A stretch of DNA of 63,496 bases, counting the filler, from Octopus bimaculoides (Eukaryota): NCBI RefSeq assembly GCF_001194135.2. It is 7 parts of 4 records of this genome, joined end to end, with 100 filler letters (N's around TTAATTAATTAA, not from the genome) between each part and the next. Parts side by side here need not be neighbours in the genome. Positions count along the whole stretch, not along the records: positions 59,503 to 63,496 come from NC_068999.1; 6 more parts are not named here. One strand, 5' to 3'. Shown here piece after piece: positions 62,100 through 63,496 of the stretch. Both the position numbers and the translations under genes were made by a program. The notes under the pieces are model-generated. The model worked only from the letters and a program-made list of their open reading frames with translations. It did no database searches and had not been told where the DNA came from. Position 1 is the stretch's first letter. Each line of letters opens with the position of its first letter.

Positions 62100-62400
62100 G
62101 TCTTCTTTTATTGAACTCCCATCCTCAACATTGTAAAGACTCAATCACAACTACTGAAGATCCTCTTTAGAGCCAGAAAGTACTTCAGTCTCCAACAAAG
62201 CTCAAGTGAGACCCATGGTAGGGTACTACACCCCAATGGTAGATGATATGCTTCTGAAAAATATAGTCGTCCTAGACCATATTAAGAAAAAAGCAACGGA
62301 GTCTTTCACTCATAGACTCCAACTTCTGGCCCATAGACGTGGTGTCTTCTCCCTCTGCTTTTTCACCAATGGGATCCAGTGGAATCCAAGCACTGCAACA
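62100..62400 (+). mobile_element. CR1/Jockey-like LINE remnant, part 2 (continues after the DNA transposon)
   Basis: PILNIVKTQSQLLKILFRARKYFS, KAQVRPMVGY..LDHIKKKA..LQLLAHRRGVFSLCFF follow colinearly from part 1. Confidence 0.75.
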
Positions 62401-62567
62401 GGGGGACTGTGTTGAAAAATAAGCCTCGTTTGATCACATTCCATGAGATTATCTTGGTCAGCCTATGAACTTTTCAGCCGATTCTCGTATGTATGTATGA
62501 ACGTAAATGTATATTTATGTATGCGATGTAGATAGATAAATCAAAGTGACATGCATACATACATACA

Positions 62568-62600
<33 letters not shown>

Positions 62601-63179
62601 TCATGCATGCATACAAACAATTGAAATACTCAGCTGTTAATAGTTTCAAACAGTTTACTAAGCTAATGGAAGATGGATCTGTATGATTGATATTGATTCA
62701 GTTCCAAAGTTTGTATTATTTCGATTTCGAGAATTATTGTTATATGAACGGCCATTGGTTGGCATTATTAATTAAAGCATATGGGAATAGGCAGGTGTTG
62801 ACATATAAGTCATATGAGCATTAGAGAGGACACGCACGCGCACGCATGTATGAGTGTCGGCGTGGAATGAACAAGACCGTTGCATCGAATCAAAAACTAT
62901 TTTGTGGTAGTACGACTTGTCTGTCTGTCTGTCCGTTTCTCCTCCTTCCCTCCCTCTCTTCTGATGAGGTCGATAAAATAAGCAAAAGAAAAAGTATTGG
63001 AGTCACAATCTACTGACTTAAACCATTACAAAAACATATTTTATACACACACACAAACATATCTATCTATCTATCTATTTATCTACCTAGCTAGCTAGCT
63101 CTCTCTCTCTCCCCCCCTCCCCCTCTCTCTCTCTCTCTATATATATATTTATATAAGCAATGTTAAAATCTCTGAACGA

Positions 63180-63445
63180 GGTATTAACAGTAACTGCACG
63201 ACAAGGTGAAGTATATTTGCCACTTAAATGTGGCTGACCCCTAAAGGTGGATGTTACTGTTGCTTTTATCCCCAGGAGAACATCTCCTGCAGTTGGCTAT
63301 TGACACTTGACACACATCTGTGCCCTGTCTGTATTTGCAAAGAGAAGTCATCCTTCCCATCTTGATCTGCGATACGTACGGACTCGAGTTTCTGGGTATT
63401 TACCCGTCCTCAGCGTACGACAATCGCCGACCTTCGATGCTAAAG
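63180..63445 (+). mobile_element. Interspersed repeat, possibly the 5' region of an RTE-type LINE
   Basis: GC-richer block (GCCACTTAAATGTGGC..GGATGTTACTGTTGCTTT..) recalled as a common cephalopod repeat; no ORF. Confidence 0.3.
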
Positions 63446-63496
63446 ATTTCCCGATACAAATACATATATCTTTTTCCAGTGAAATTATTCACTGAT

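Overview
Very AT-rich, microsatellite-dense eukaryotic (animal) genomic DNA with many N gaps. It reads as intergenic or intronic sequence. The repeat families look like those I recall from coleoid cephalopods (Octopus); this is an inference, not a database result. No intact protein-coding gene, rRNA, true tRNA gene or CRISPR array can be supported. Almost all long ORFs in the track come from microsatellites, N runs or decayed transposon reading frames. Recognisable content: several restriction-like-endonuclease (RLE; R4/Dong-like) LINE fragments from at least two families, plus RTE, Rex3/Expander-like, Tx1/L1-like and CR1/Jockey-like LINE remnants. Also present are a mariner transposase fragment, a hAT-like non-autonomous element, a ~760-bp foldback element, a Penelope-like terminal repeat with a decayed hammerhead ribozyme, and over 30 copies or fragments of three tRNA-derived SINE families. 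The most system-like signal is repeat-directed insertion: RLE LINEs sit in (TAA)n or (TACA)n microsatellites and stack head-to-tail, and one SINE family inserts at the same point within its own head. Inversions and head-to-head arrays also create several long potential dsRNA stems. A few weak candidate exons and one promoter-like motif are reported only as leads. Repeat boundaries are approximate (about 10-30 bp) unless a TSD or TIR is quoted.
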